From assembly GCA_010909165.1 (NCBI GenBank), contig MU008174.1, positions 1 to 64,000 of the forward strand: 64,000 nucleotides of DNA, read 5' to 3'. Each line of letters begins with the position of its first letter. The first letter of the stretch is position 1. The notes below the pieces were generated by a model. That model ran no database searches. It worked only from the letters and a program-made list of their open reading frames with translations, and was not told the origin of the DNA. The position numbers and the translations under genes were made by a program. This document shows, one piece after another, positions 48,701 through 60,929 of the stretch. Origin of the DNA: Anthoceros angustus (taxonomy: Eukaryota; Plantae; Anthocerotophyta).

Positions 48701-51700
48701 TCAGCCAGTGGATTTGGCCAAACGACCAATCAATCATGCTTCTTGTCATATTAAGCAGAATCTGGTTTCGTCTCTCGGCGACTCCGTTGCGTGGAGTATA
48801 TGGACGATGGCTGCCTCAAAATGCCTCGTTGACCAAAGATCTTTGGTTGAAGACATTGCTGACATATTCAGTGCCATTGTCGGATCGAAGGCGAGAGTCG
48901 CACATGACGCTCCACCATGGTAAGCCATTCTTTAAAGAGAGGAAACGTGTCTGATTTGCGTTTCATAGGGTAGGTCGAGCTATATCTACTATAGTCTAAA
49001 TGCAGTGATTGTGAGATAATAGAGGGCACCTCCTAATGATGGAACATGCACTTACGAAATATCCGAATGCAGGTCCAAAGCGTTTGAGAGCGATAAGCGC
49101 GTGGAAGGAAATGGAAGCTGCTTGTGTTTGGCAACAATCAGAATCACATAATGGAAGTTCCTTAAAGCAACGAGGCTCCCTATAACATTCGGAGTTAGAC
49201 ATCTTTATCAACTTGTCTTGATTTGCATGTCCCAAACGAGCATGCCATAATTGTGCCAAAATTGCTTGTGTCGTGGAAAGGACAGCGCTCTTAAGCGTGT
49301 TCACAACATATGTTGAGCTTAGAGATCATGTTCAAGAATACGAGCAATAATAGTATGTAGACGTCTTGAGCACAATGTGGCAATCAGCAGCAGAGGTAAA
49401 AGAAAGCTCATAACGCTCTAGCTTCATGAATTGACTAACCGAAAACAAATGCTTTGCCATACTCGGGACATATAAAACATTGTCCACTTGCAGAACAGAG
49501 TTGTCGGCAAGTCGAAATGAGCAAGACCCAGAACCAAGAATCTTCAAACCTGTCCGGGTAAGTTCATCGCCCAACAGCACCTTCTCTTTAGTTTGGAAAG
49601 GAATAAAGTTGCTAAGCAAGTCTCTATTGTGGCAAATATGGGATGTCGCCCCCGAATCCAAATACCAAGAGTCTGATTGACAGGCCCTATGCGTATTGTG
49701 GCAGACGGTGAAGACAACTGGCTGCTTGCCAGAAGAAGAAGCCTGTGAGGGCTTGTCCTTGGAGACAGAATGCGCCTCAACCGCCCTAGGGGTCCTCTCG
49801 GCTCTCTTCGGTTCTCCAGAACGTTTCTTCCTGCACTCGCGCTCCCAATGCCCTGGAAGCCCACACCCGATTCTGCGGGATCCGGTACGTTTGCTTGCCA
49901 CGGCTTGAAACACCAACTCCGGTGAGTTCTTTCCTTTCCCAAATTGCTGTTTGCTTTTGGTGAACAAGACTGCATCGATCTTAGTCTTGGCGAGTGTGTA
50001 TTACTCCGACTTTGTTCTTCTTGGAATAGGCGCCAATTACATCGATGAGTAAAATGCGGGTTGTTTGCTGCGCCCATTGAGTCGCGGCTTTCGAAGCACC
50101 GTATTTGGATACAAAGGTTGATAGCTCGGAGGCAAACTAGTGAGCGGTTGAGCATGACATCAAGCTTTCGCTCATTGTGGAGCCGGGGATATCAGCGTGA
50201 CGAAGATGCGAACTTCCCCACGAATGCGCTACCCGATCTCCATCTCTCATTCATGAAGAACAACTCACTCCTCACAGCACATAGAGTAAGAATATTCTTC
50301 ACATCATATGTCCGTGAGAGTTGTGTCCAGATCTCCTCTGCTTTGTTGAGATAGGCAACATCAGGTACCAGAACTTCATCTAATCCACTGATGAGGAGGG
50401 CACGTGCGACATTGTTAGCATTCATCCACTTGTCCTTCTCATCCTGGGTGGCTGTGGCTGCAGGTTCTGCATGAACTCCACTAACGACTCCCCACACATG
50501 CCGAGCATCAAGTGCGGCGCATCCGTCACGCTCCACACTTGATATTTATTCCCGTTGAACCTATCTCATTCCTTGAATTCTATTGTGTAGGAGGGTTGAT
50601 AGGTAGGAGGAGAAGGAAGTGGAGGTATAGTGATGGATGGGCGGGGTGTGGGGTATAATCGCCACCACCAAGCCGCTACCACCACCGCCGACATAGCACG
50701 AGCCCCTTGTGAGCCCCACTTCGCCATGCTTCAAAGTGATGAAGGAGGCTAAGAGGCGAGGGGGCTATGACCGGAAAGTGCGGCGCCAGTCGGTGTCGGT
50801 GGCGCCGCTCCGAGTCGGCGATTCTGGCACAAAAGCGACGTCGGCACTGTGTTTGACATGTTTAGAATTGGGGCGCTGATGCCAAATTGCTCACTGCGCC
50901 CGTTCAAATCTTGTTTGTGCAGAATCGCGATGCCTGCAGAGACAGATCCCAACCCAAGATGAGATCAAAGCAAAGTGGATCTCGAGTCTCGACTCGAGAA
51001 AGCCACATAATCTTGTCGCATGATCTCCCGGATGAGCAGCGCTCTCTCAAGTAGAGAAATCAGGCGCTTCTGTTGCTGTGTAAGGCTGTCGATTTGTGCC
51101 ACCAGAGTTTGGAGATCTTTGAGCTGCACAATCGCACAATTCTGATTTTGGATTGGGCGCTGATCTTGGTGACAATTACAGCCTGAAATGCTCGCTCGTT
51201 TGTATTTGTCGTCCTGTAGAGCTGGATGAGTGAACCGATACTGGTCGGCTCTCTTCCTTTGAGTGTCTGCAGGAGTCGGCAATGGGGTTTGATGCCTCTG
51301 ATAAAATTCTGCGTTTCTCAACGCGATGTTCCGTGGGAGAACGGATGACCGCCTGGATTGGCGTCTAGGCATCTTGATGGCGCACAACACCTGCCTTCGA
51401 TCTTCACAAGTAATTGCGTCTCCACATAGTACGCAGCGGAAATATAGAATCTGAGCATGTCCAGACTTCTGATTGTCTGATGATGCCTTGTCTGTTTGTG
51501 TCTAGAACTAACAGTGTAATGCAGGTGACGAGACTACGTTGGGCACACCATCCTGCACCCATTTGCATGTGTGCAAGATTTTTTTTTTTTTAAGTTTGGT
51601 CACGGGCATCTACAGTGCATACATCTAGAAACAAAAGATAGCCTATATGCTATGTAGATAGAGAGCCTTCCTGAGCACATGATCCACGCCTCACGGAAAG

Positions 51701-51961
51701 TGAGTATTGAATGATGTGCTCATTCGACTGCTTCTCTATCATCATAGTAACCTAGTGCTCTGATACCATCACAAGGTTTTTGAGGAGCGGAGCAAGCGAG
51801 AGACTTGAAGAAAGATTTGTAGAACAAGTGAAAACAATTAATGTCAAAAGATGTCTTATATACAAAATTGTATGTAACCTATGTAACTCTTCATTTAAGT
51901 ATAAGTTAGATATTCTAAGACGTGGTTACTAGTTAACCCTTCAAGATTACGGGGTTCAACA
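45712..51961 (-). mobile_element. Full-length degenerate Ty1/copia element; LTRs 45712-45901 and 51769-51961; PBS 51757-51768
   Basis: Similar ~190-bp LTRs, TGGTATCAGAGC PBS, ccct TSD; gag, WYLDSGATSH, LWHARLGH, FVGYGEETKAYKLYD, YKSRLVARGFSQ, LYVDD, RTKHIEIHHHFVR. Confidence 0.92.
50965..51372 (-). CDS. Extra 135-aa ORF between the Copia PBS and gag (basic N-terminus, coiled-coil-like C-terminus)
   Basis: Uninterrupted ATG-to-stop frame with heptad pattern LKDLQTLVAQIDSLTQQQKRLISLL. Confidence 0.45.
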   Translation of the reverse strand: MPRRQSRRSSVLPRNIALRNAEFYQRHQTPLPTPADTQRKRADQYRFTHPALQDDKYKRASISGCNCHQDQRPIQNQNCAIVQLKDLQTLVAQIDSLTQQQKRLISLLERALLIREIMRQDYVAFSSRDSRSTLL

Positions 51962-53559
51962 CCCTCGATCGTCCTCCTCGCGGGTCGTTTGGCCTTGACC
52001 TTTCGGCCTCTCCTCCTCCTTGGTTGGGGCGGCCTCCTTGTAGTGTCCCGTCCTCCCGTATCCATTATCCCCATTTTCTTCCTCTTCCTGTCTCCTTTCC
52101 TTCGCTCCTTTAGCGGGTTGACACTTCCGGTACCTCCAGTCCTTCTCCTTCTTAGCCGAACTTGCCCGTACCTCGTCCCAAGTTCCTCGGCGCCTCCTCC
52201 TCCGCCAGTTGTCGTCTTCAATCGCCTTGCAGGCGCGGCCTTAGGGAGGGCGTGGCGGTCGCGGCTCCCTATTTGAGGTGGCGTGCGCACGTCCAGAGGT
52301 TCGGACACAAGGTGCTGCCCGCCATGTGCCACCGCCGGCTTCACGGTCCACACAGGCGTTCCCCGTTGCCTTGCCGGTGGGCAGCGCATTGGAGTAGTGC
52401 GGGGTTCCACGGAGACCACCATACGAGAATTCACGGAGGGCTCCCATGCGGTCTTTGCGCCGAGGTCGTGATGCAGAGACGGACGGTACATCGGATACTG
52501 CGGTCCGGTGGTGCTTCTTGCACTGCATCCTCCTTGTTCCTCAGTTCTTCCCGTGAGTCATACTCCACAGTTCACGGGTGAGGAGGCGGTTGGCCTTCGA
52601 ATGCCCATGTTGGTGACACACGCACCAGATGAGTACGGACCGTGGTGGCCGCCTTGCGTTCTTTATCCTTCACTGGTTGATCGTCAACTCCACCCGCCTT
52701 CATTACCGTTCGATCTTCCCCCGCTACTTCCTTCAAAGGAGTCGACGGACCTTCGTAGATGCGGGCATCATGGCCTCCTTCTTTTCCACCTCCGCTGACT
52801 ACGGCTTTTTCTTCTTAATTCTTCGGGGTTCTTCTTCCTCCATGACATCCTCAGTTCTTCTTGAGTCCTCTTCCTCCTCCTCGAGGCTACCTCGGTCTCA
52901 TCATCCTCCTCTTGGGGTTCTTCATCTTGATCCGACCCCGTCTTCTTCTTCTCTTCCTCCTGGAGGAGTCCTCGGCCGTCGTTGGTGCATCGATTCTTCA
53001 TAGTTCTCCGCCCGCCTTGCTCATCCTCCTTAGCTTGCACGTGCTTAGCCATTGGCTTGGATAAGCCATTGCGAACCAACGCTTTGCATGGTAGTGTGGT
53101 GGGGTGCCGGTCCGGTAGCGTGAACCGTTCGATGTCGATCCCAACTCGTCTTTCCTCGCGGGTTCTCGAGTTTGGACAAGGCGTAGCCTTCTTGATCGAT
53201 TCAGATCTTTCTAGAAGGCATCCTTCAATCTTGAAGGTTGCGAAGTGCGTTAGGGCGGCGGTATTTCCTCGATACTGCCCAGGCGGCCCTTGAGACCCCC
53301 ATGAATGAGCTGCGCATCCGAACCTTCTCGTTGAAGTTTGCGCGACACGAAATCCTCCACGAAGGTTTCGGCGTCTCTCTCCTTCTTACCTCCAAAGAGA
53401 ATACGCTTGAGTCGTTGTTGCCATCGCGCGATCGGCAAGGGATGAGAACCGCCCCCTTACCACCGCGACTTGGTGCTGCTTCCTCCTCTCGATCCGACAA
53501 CTCCACCACACTTACCTGTTGGCTGGTGACCTCGCCTCGAGCTCGTCGTCTCTCACGTG

Positions 53560-56500
53560 CCCTACTAGAAAAGGGCAGTCATGTTACACTTTATGTTAAG
53601 ATTTGGACCCCCCTTTGTTGCAATTATGTTAAAATCTTGGGGTCTTGTTACACTTTTGGGACCCCTTATTACGATTAGGTTTGGAAACCAACCCTCCACC
53701 TTATTACGATCATGTTAGTCTTGTTGCAATTATGTTGCAATGTAGTGAGAGGTGGTTTGTGTCCCTCTCAAAATTTCAACATAATTGCAACAACCAAAGT
53801 GTTACATCGTCTCTTGTTACAATTTTTGCTTGGTACCGAACCTCCTCCCCATCTACCTTCCTCTTTTACTACTATTACCCTATGGAATACCTAGTTTTAC
53901 TTAGTAGTTCCCACCGATACTGTATGAATACACATATATAATACATGTATGAATACATTCTTTGTAAAATACGTATTGTTCATGGTAACATATACTATAT
54001 GGTAATTTCACATGATATATGGTCATATTCTATTTTATATAAAATAAGCATATCGTCACACGGATAACGTACATACTTTGTACCGTCCACGATCGTTTAC
54101 TAGTTTGTCCTTGAGCACTCGTGCCTTTTGTGCCTCTGAGTTTGTGCTACAGGACCCATGTTTGCTATCTTGCGTGGGTTGTTTGGCTCAAGTCCTCCCT
54201 CCTTCTCTCTCCCCTAGACAACGCCTCATGTCTGCGCCTTTTTGCCCTTGCCTCGACCATGGCTGCTGTTGGTTGCTCCTCCTATCCTCCCCTCGCCTTC
54301 TTCCATCGCCTTCCCTAACTTCACATCATAGTCAGTTCGCATCGGCTGAAAATTTGAGATAAGAAATAACCATGGAATGGGTCTTGGCGACCTTGCAACT
54401 ACTTGCGATTGTACATGTACGAGACACCCGCCATGCTACTATCGCCTTCTCTAACATCAAATCGCACTAGCTAGTTACGCACAAAATTTGAGAGGAAATC
54501 ACGGTATTGGAGCGGTCTTGGCCTGACCTTGCAATGCTCTACAAGTACAAGATCTGCTTGCGGCTGTACACGTGATCCCGCCCTGCCACCATCCCTTCAC
54601 CAACATCATGTCACAGTGGTTACGCATCAACTGAAAAATTGAGACTGGAAATCATAGCATGGAATGGGTCTCTACTGGAAATCACAGCATGGATTGGGTC
54701 TCTACTTGAAATCACAGCATGGAACGGGCCTCCTCCTCTTCCTTTCCCTCTCCCCCTCCTCCTTCTTCCCATCTCCCCCTCCTTCCTCCCCCTCCTTCCT
54801 CCCCTCCTCCTTCCTCCTCCTCCTCCTCCTCCCCTCTCCTCTCCCTCTCCCCTTCCTCTCCTTCCTCTCCTCCCCTCCTCCTCCTCCTCCTCCTCCTTCC
54901 TCCTCCTCCTCCTCCTCCTCGATCCCTCTCCCCTTTCCTCCTTGCCTCTCCTCCTCCTCCTCCTCCTCCTCCTCTATCATCCCTCTCCCCTTTTCCTCCT
55001 TGCCTCTCCTCCTCCTCCTCCTCCTCCTCCTCCTCCTCCTCCTCCTCCTCTGATCCCTCTCCCCCTTTCCTCCTTGCCTCTCCTCCTCCTCCTCCTCCTC
55101 CTCCTCCTCCTCCTCCTCTACCTCTCCCTCCTTCCTCCTTGCCTCTCCTCCTCCTCCTCCTCCTCCTCCTCCTCCTCCTCCTCCTCCTCCTCCTTCCTCT
55201 CCTCCTCCTCCTCTCCTCTCCTCCTCCTCCTCCTCCTCCTCCTCCTCCTCCTCCTCCTCCTCCTCCTCCTCCCCTCCTCCTCCTCCTCCTCCTCCTCCTC
55301 CTCCTCTCCCTCCTCCTCCTCCTCTCCTCCTCCTCCTCCTCCTCCTCCTCCTCTCGATCCCTCTCCCCTTTCCTCCTTGCCTCTCCTCCTCCTCCTCCTC
55401 CTCCTCTACCTCAGATCCCTCTCCCCTTTTCCTCCTGACTCTCTCCTCCTCCTCCTCCTCCTTATCTACCTCGGATCCGTCCCCTTTTCCTCCTTGCCTA
55501 TCGCCTTCTCTAACATCAAAATCCACTAGCTAGTTCTGTTGAAAATTTGAGAGGAAATCAGTGTTGGTACAAGATGCTTGCGGGTGTACCGTGATCATGC
55601 CATCCGTCACCTCGTCATGTCACCTGGTTCATCTGAAAAATTGAGACTAGAAATCACGGACTTGGAGCGGGTCTTTACTTGAAATCACACGGCATGGAGC
55701 GGGCCTCTTTCTTTCCCTCTCCCCTCCTCCTCCTTTCCATCTACCCCTCCTCTTCTTTCCCTCTCCCCTCCTCTTCCTTCCCTCTCCCCTCCTCTTGCTC
55801 CTCTTCTTCCTCCTCCTCCTTCCTCTCCCCTCCTTCCTTCCTCCCCTCCTCCTTTCCTTCCCCTCCTCCTCCTTCCCTCTCCTCCTCTCCTCCTCCTCTC
55901 CTCTCCTCTCTCCTCCTCCTCCTCTACCTCGGATCCCTCTCCCCTTTCCTCATTGCCTCTCCCTTCCTCCTCTCCTCCTCCTCCTCCTCCTCTCCTCCTC
56001 CTCCTCTACCTCGGATCCCTCTCCCCTATTTCCTCCTTGCCTCTCCCTTCCTCCTCTCCTCCTCTTCCTCCCCCCTCTCTCCCCTTGCTCCTCTCCCCTC
56101 CTTCTCCTTGCCTCCGAACCGAGTGAGCCTCGGACCCTGAACTTAGACATAGGTAAATAATATTATGTTTAGGTCACCTTTAAAGGTGACAATTAATGGG
56201 CATGTTCTTTGTGATATTGATTGGTGGGCACCATTAACAAATAGTTGTGAAGAGAGTGCAAAGAAGGCGCTAGGAAAAACCTTAACTAATTGTACTCCCA
56301 ATGGGGTGTAATAGATGGGGGGAAGAGAGAGAGAGGTCCTTATTCTGATCATGTTGCAATTGCATGAGGAATTCATAAACAATGCATATGAGAGGGATGT
56401 AGTTAAGAGGGTGAAGTGGTAGGAGAGAGAGCGAGTTGTTAAGATTGTAGGCCCACTTGGGGAAAGAAATGACAAACTAATACCAAGCCTCCAAATGATG

Positions 56501-56566
56501 TTGCAAGTTAGAAGTGTAACATAATTGCAACAACCAACATAACATAGGCTGCCCTTTCTAGTAGTG
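53560..56566. mobile_element. Non-autonomous CACTA (En/Spm) element
   Basis: Left ccctactagaaaagggcag and right ctgccctttctagtagtg TIRs; subterminal ttgttgcaattatgtt repeats inverted at both ends; imperfect 3-bp TSD gtg/ctg. Confidence 0.82.
54730..56110 (+). repeat. (CCT)n-rich polypyrimidine arrays (54730-55500, 55705-56110) with higher-order punctuation
   Basis: Direct reading; the recurrent spacer gatccctctcccc(t)tttcctccttgcctct separates CCT runs. Confidence 0.95.
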
Positions 56567-57517
56567 CTGCGCTACCTTCGGGCGATCCTAGCGTCACTCT
56601 CTCGATTCGTAACTACCTCCGTCCTCCGCCACTTTTCTGAGGCAGATTTCATTCCCGGCAATGGCGCCAAAATGTCGCGACTTTTTGACGGCAGCAGGCG
56701 CGCACAATCCCGTGTCGTTGTAGGAAGAGTCCGTTCCCAAAGGAATAGCGAGCTCCGTTTGCGGCGTTTCGAGCGATTCTCGTCTTACTGCGTCGTTCCC
56801 GCGCACATTCCGAGTTCACGTCTAACTACCGCGACAAACACCGCCACGGGCCGGTATGGCCAAGCGTTTGAGACCCGTTCGCGTCCGTATCGTTCACGTT
56901 AAATCACTCACACCTCGTCCGTTCCTCTCTCCTCACTACACTTATCCTTAAGGAAAGGCGCGGGTTACCGTCAGGACCTCCTCCGTCGTTCTGGGCCTCT
57001 CCGTCCAGGCTCTGCCGCCCTCCGAGTCCCTCCGGCTCACCGTTCCGGTCCGTTCGGTGCGGGCGCGGCTGCAGCACGGGTCCCGATCACCCCTCACACA
57101 CACCACAACACGTTAGGTCCGTCACGGGACCACGATCAATCTCCCGGGTATCGTGCACCTTTCGGTGACTCGGGACTCACGTTAGCAGAAGACACACAAG
57201 AGTGCAGCAGCATCAACACCAAGAAAGATGATTTATTGAGGTGACCCTCTTATACTACGCCCGGTCGGCGTCTTTATTACCCTATTACGGTGATGGCATT
57301 TCGGTATACTAATCGGCCGCCTACCATCCTATTCCTCCCCTATCTCCTTCGCGGTGGTGGGGAAGGTCCGGGTTCGCCTTGGGATTGGTGGTCCAATCTC
57401 CCGTCTGGCATTCGGCGCGCAATCGGATGATCCGGTGAGACCCCTCCTCTCCCGGAATCACAGCCGGGTTGGGCTACCGGCGGTCGGCGACCGCCGTTAC
57501 CACGTCATCCTCCCACA

Positions 57518-60500
57518 GCCTCCCATGGGTCCCCTCGGTGGGGCCACTATCTGCTCCCCTAAGCGTAAGTCGAGGGGCTCCTCCTTCTTGCCGGTCAGGA
57601 CCTCGAGGTCGGTCTGACTCTCGACTCACGAACTCCGAGTCAGGCTTATTCTGAGTCCGGTGCAGGTCCGTCTCTCTGGGTTCGGACCTCGGGGTCGAAC
57701 TTATTCAGTCCGGTCCCCAAGCTCGGACCCCTTCTGGACCTCGTCTTGCTAGGTCCTCCTCCTACCCAGGCCCTTGTCTTGGGTGGGTTGGCTCCTCATG
57801 CACCCCTTTGGGCCGTCCTCCCTTCTCAGGCGGGTGGTGGTGAACTTACCACAGGGTCCGTTCGTCTCGCTCCTCTTGGGGCTCTTCTCCCCATTGCCGT
57901 CGTCTCAAGCAGGGCCCCTAGAGTCCCTGTCTCCCGTGCCCTTCTTCCCCTCAGGCCTTCCGGTCCGTCTGTTGCGGTGAGGCCTCTGCCGGGGAGCTCG
58001 GTGGTAATAGGCAAAGTCGAATCCACTTGTTGGATTGCCTCTTCCACGTGTGCGGGCACCGATACTCCCTTGCCATAGGTGCTCGGGAGGCGTCTTTGCC
58101 CGGCTTGTTGGTCCACCTCCCGGGTTTGATAATGGGGGGCGCTTCGCAGGTGCAGCCTCGGTCACCTCCCGCGCGGCATGTTGCTCCACTGCTCCAACTC
58201 CCTTCCGTTCGGCTGACTTGCCGGCCATAGCGCGGCGTTCCCCTTCGCCTTCCTCAATTGGACGGCGGCTTCTTATGCGCTTCCGGTGCTCTCTCTCTTG
58301 TCCATTGCATTAACTCCGCCATCTCCCTCTCCAGACGGTCGGGCAACTCTGCCAGACTGCGGGCTTCGCCCAGGCCCTTCTCCATCTCGGCGACGTCCTG
58401 CTCCCTGTTCCATCGCCGTACTGACTCCGTCCGCCAACAGAGCCGGAGCCGCTCTATTTCCCGTTCGCGTTCCGCGACCATGTCCTGCAGACTACCATTC
58501 CTCTCAATGGTAGTTTGAAGCTGCAGCTCAAAGTCTCCTTGCGGTCTTCCATCTCCTGTTCTTTGCTCCACCTCCGGGGAGTCTGGAGATCCTCCATCTC
58601 CTTGTCGCGAACTTCACAGGCTGGCTGGTCGCGCTTGCTCCGCCACCTCTGCTCCATCTTGAGGCGGTGGGCGCTCTATCTCCTCGAAGTCTTGGATTCT
58701 CGTTGAGAACCCCTTGCTTTGCTCAAGCGTCTTGTTGTAACTCCAAGGTGTCCTTCTTGTCCTCACTCTGCCGCCTCCTTCTACCTCCTGCAGTGCGCCA
58801 CAGGTCCCCTTTCCGGGTCTTGGCCTCAGTGTTTCTGCAGCTCGTCGTGCTTGCTCTTGCACTGCTCGGCCTTGATTGGCCGTGGCTACCCGCCTCCCTC
58901 CACCGGTTCCGATCCGCCGATAGTGATCGCGATCGACGCCGTGGCCTCCCAGCCACCTTCACAGGCCTCTCGACAGCTCTGGTCTCGGGCGCCTCCGCGG
59001 TCCAGCGCTCCGCTTGCGCCCGGGCCTCTTCCGCTTCTGCTGCGCTACCCCTGCACTGCGGAGGTCCTCGGCCAGCTTGGGCCTCCTTAGCTTGCCAGTG
59101 CTCCTCCGGTGAAGGTCCAGACGAGTTCTCCGGACCTCAATCCCAGGGACCCTCTGGGTCACGAGTACCATGGTGGCTTCTACCTCCTTGGCCTTCTTGG
59201 CATGAGCTCCTTCTCGCCTTTTTTTCTCACAGGGCTCGGAGGAGGTGAGGTGGGGAGCAAGCCCTTTGCCCCTTCTGTCGGCGGAGGACCCGGCTCAGTC
59301 AGGTGTCCGGTGTCCTCCACCCTCACAGGCGGCGTCCTTCACGCCCTCCTTCAGCCTCCGCTTCTTCTCCGTAGGCGGGGTAAGAATCTTGCCTTTGTCG
59401 AGGCCCGCGTTGGCTTGTGGTCTTGCGTCTCTTGGTTCCCTCTGGTCAGCGGGCTCCTTGGTTGGTGGTGGCTGCTGGGGTCGGGCAGCTTCTGCTTTGG
59501 GCCAGGCTGCTCCGGTTGGGGCACGGGAGGAGGAGGATTTCTTCCATACTTCCACAGGTGGTGAGGGGTCCGTTCAGGGGCGTATGGAGTCGAATTCCCT
59601 CGATCGTCCTCCTCCGGGTCCGTTTGGCCTTGATCGGCCTCCCCTCGGCGCCCTTGCCGCTCCACTTCGGCGGGGCCTCGGTCCTTTCGGGCGCCGCTCA
59701 AGCTCTCCCTCCTTGAGGCTCGAAATGTCCCCATACATGGATCGGGTATGGGGCCCCAGATGGCGAGGCTTCTCGGTCACAGGGCCTCGACTAAAGGCGA
59801 AGATAATCCTTCCCAGTCCTCTTCCCATTGCGGCGCATGCGGGGAATACCTGAGTTATCACCAAGGTGATCCACCTTGGTGGCGAGTTCAATGGACAATG
59901 ATCCGGGCTACCGCCCTTACTCGGATCGGTCGGATATCAAATCCGTTGGTGGTCCTGCGTCGAGCCTCGGCGCCTTTGCGGCCCTATCTTCCCCGCCGCC
60001 TTGAGGGGCTCGGCACCACTCCCCTTCTTCCTCCTTTGGGCGGTTGTAGGCGCCTCGGGACCTCAAGGTCCATCGCCTGGGTCCTCCGGAGGTTCTTGGA
60101 CCGCACCTCCTTGTTGCCGCCCCGGCATCTTCGGGAACTCCGGACGGTGACAGTCGAGCGTCCGGACCATGCAGGAAGCATCCAGTGCCACTCCTCACCA
60201 ATTCTCCCGCTTCCTCGGCCGGGGCCCAAAGTCCGGATAGCGCGGGTCACAATGTTGCGCTCCACGAGGTTCCATGGCTCCCAAACTTCCGCGAGCTTTT
60301 GGGTGCCATCGCTCCCCCTTTTTGGCTGGCGGCGGAGTTCAGCAGCACGATCGCCCTCCTCTCGCGCGTTGCTCTCCAAGCGGTGGCTCAGTCTTGGGCG
60401 CTCAAGAGATAAGCGCCCGAGCGGTTGCGGGCGCGAGGCTGCGGTGTCTCGGTGCGCGGCCATGACCTTCCCGCGCGCCCGGGAGTAACGGGGGCGGAAG

Positions 60501-60905
60501 GCGCCTCTTCCTGTCCGGCGCAGGAGATGCGCGCGGCCTGCGACGCCTCCTCACTGCGGCCTTCGCGCGCGTACTCGGCCTTCGCGCGCGATCGCGGGCG
60601 TGAATACTGCCTGCGGCCCCTGGCGGCAGTCTGGCATGCGTCCTCCACTCGGGGCCGTCACGTGGCGCCGCCTAGTCCGTCCTCACGGCTCAACTTCTAA
60701 GTTACTTTCCTGGCGTACTTATCTGCTTGGACTGGGTGGGTCCGGACTTATCCGTTAGGCGTGGCGGCGCTGCCATAGTAGGTCGGTCGTTCCTCACTCG
60801 AGTCGGGTATACTCAGTGCGTCCAGTGCTATCCGTGCTCATTCCCCCCTTTTCCGCCTTATTTTATCCCCGCTCCTACGAAAAAAAACAAAACCCTAGTT
60901 ATTCC
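57518..60905 (-). mobile_element. Second, uninterrupted internal region of the Tat/Athila-like family, sharing the 56673-57517 LTR
   Basis: Collinear with the interrupted copy up to ~59640; charged coiled-coil-like minus-strand ORF remnants (LQTTIERNGSLQDMV). Confidence 0.65.
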
Positions 60906-60929
60906 TTAACCCCCAAGGGAAGTCCGTAG

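Larger units (their letters stand above)
31615..57517 (-). mobile_element. Tat/Athila-like non-autonomous Ty3/gypsy host element, interrupted by three insertions; LTRs ~31615-32470 and 56673-57517
   Basis: Minus strand ...ACA-TTT-TGGCGCCATTGCCGGGAA (tRNA-Asp-type PBS, ~56652-56669); gag-like FGGKKERDAETFVEDF at ~53350-53400; pieces 31615-33514, 44359-45711 and 51962-52010 are collinear with 56673-59640. Confidence 0.7.

Noticed and set aside
54639-56160. Long Pro/Leu/Ser- or Glu/Gly/Arg-rich ORFs
   Set aside because: Translations of CCT microsatellite that is open in several frames on both strands, inside a CACTA element
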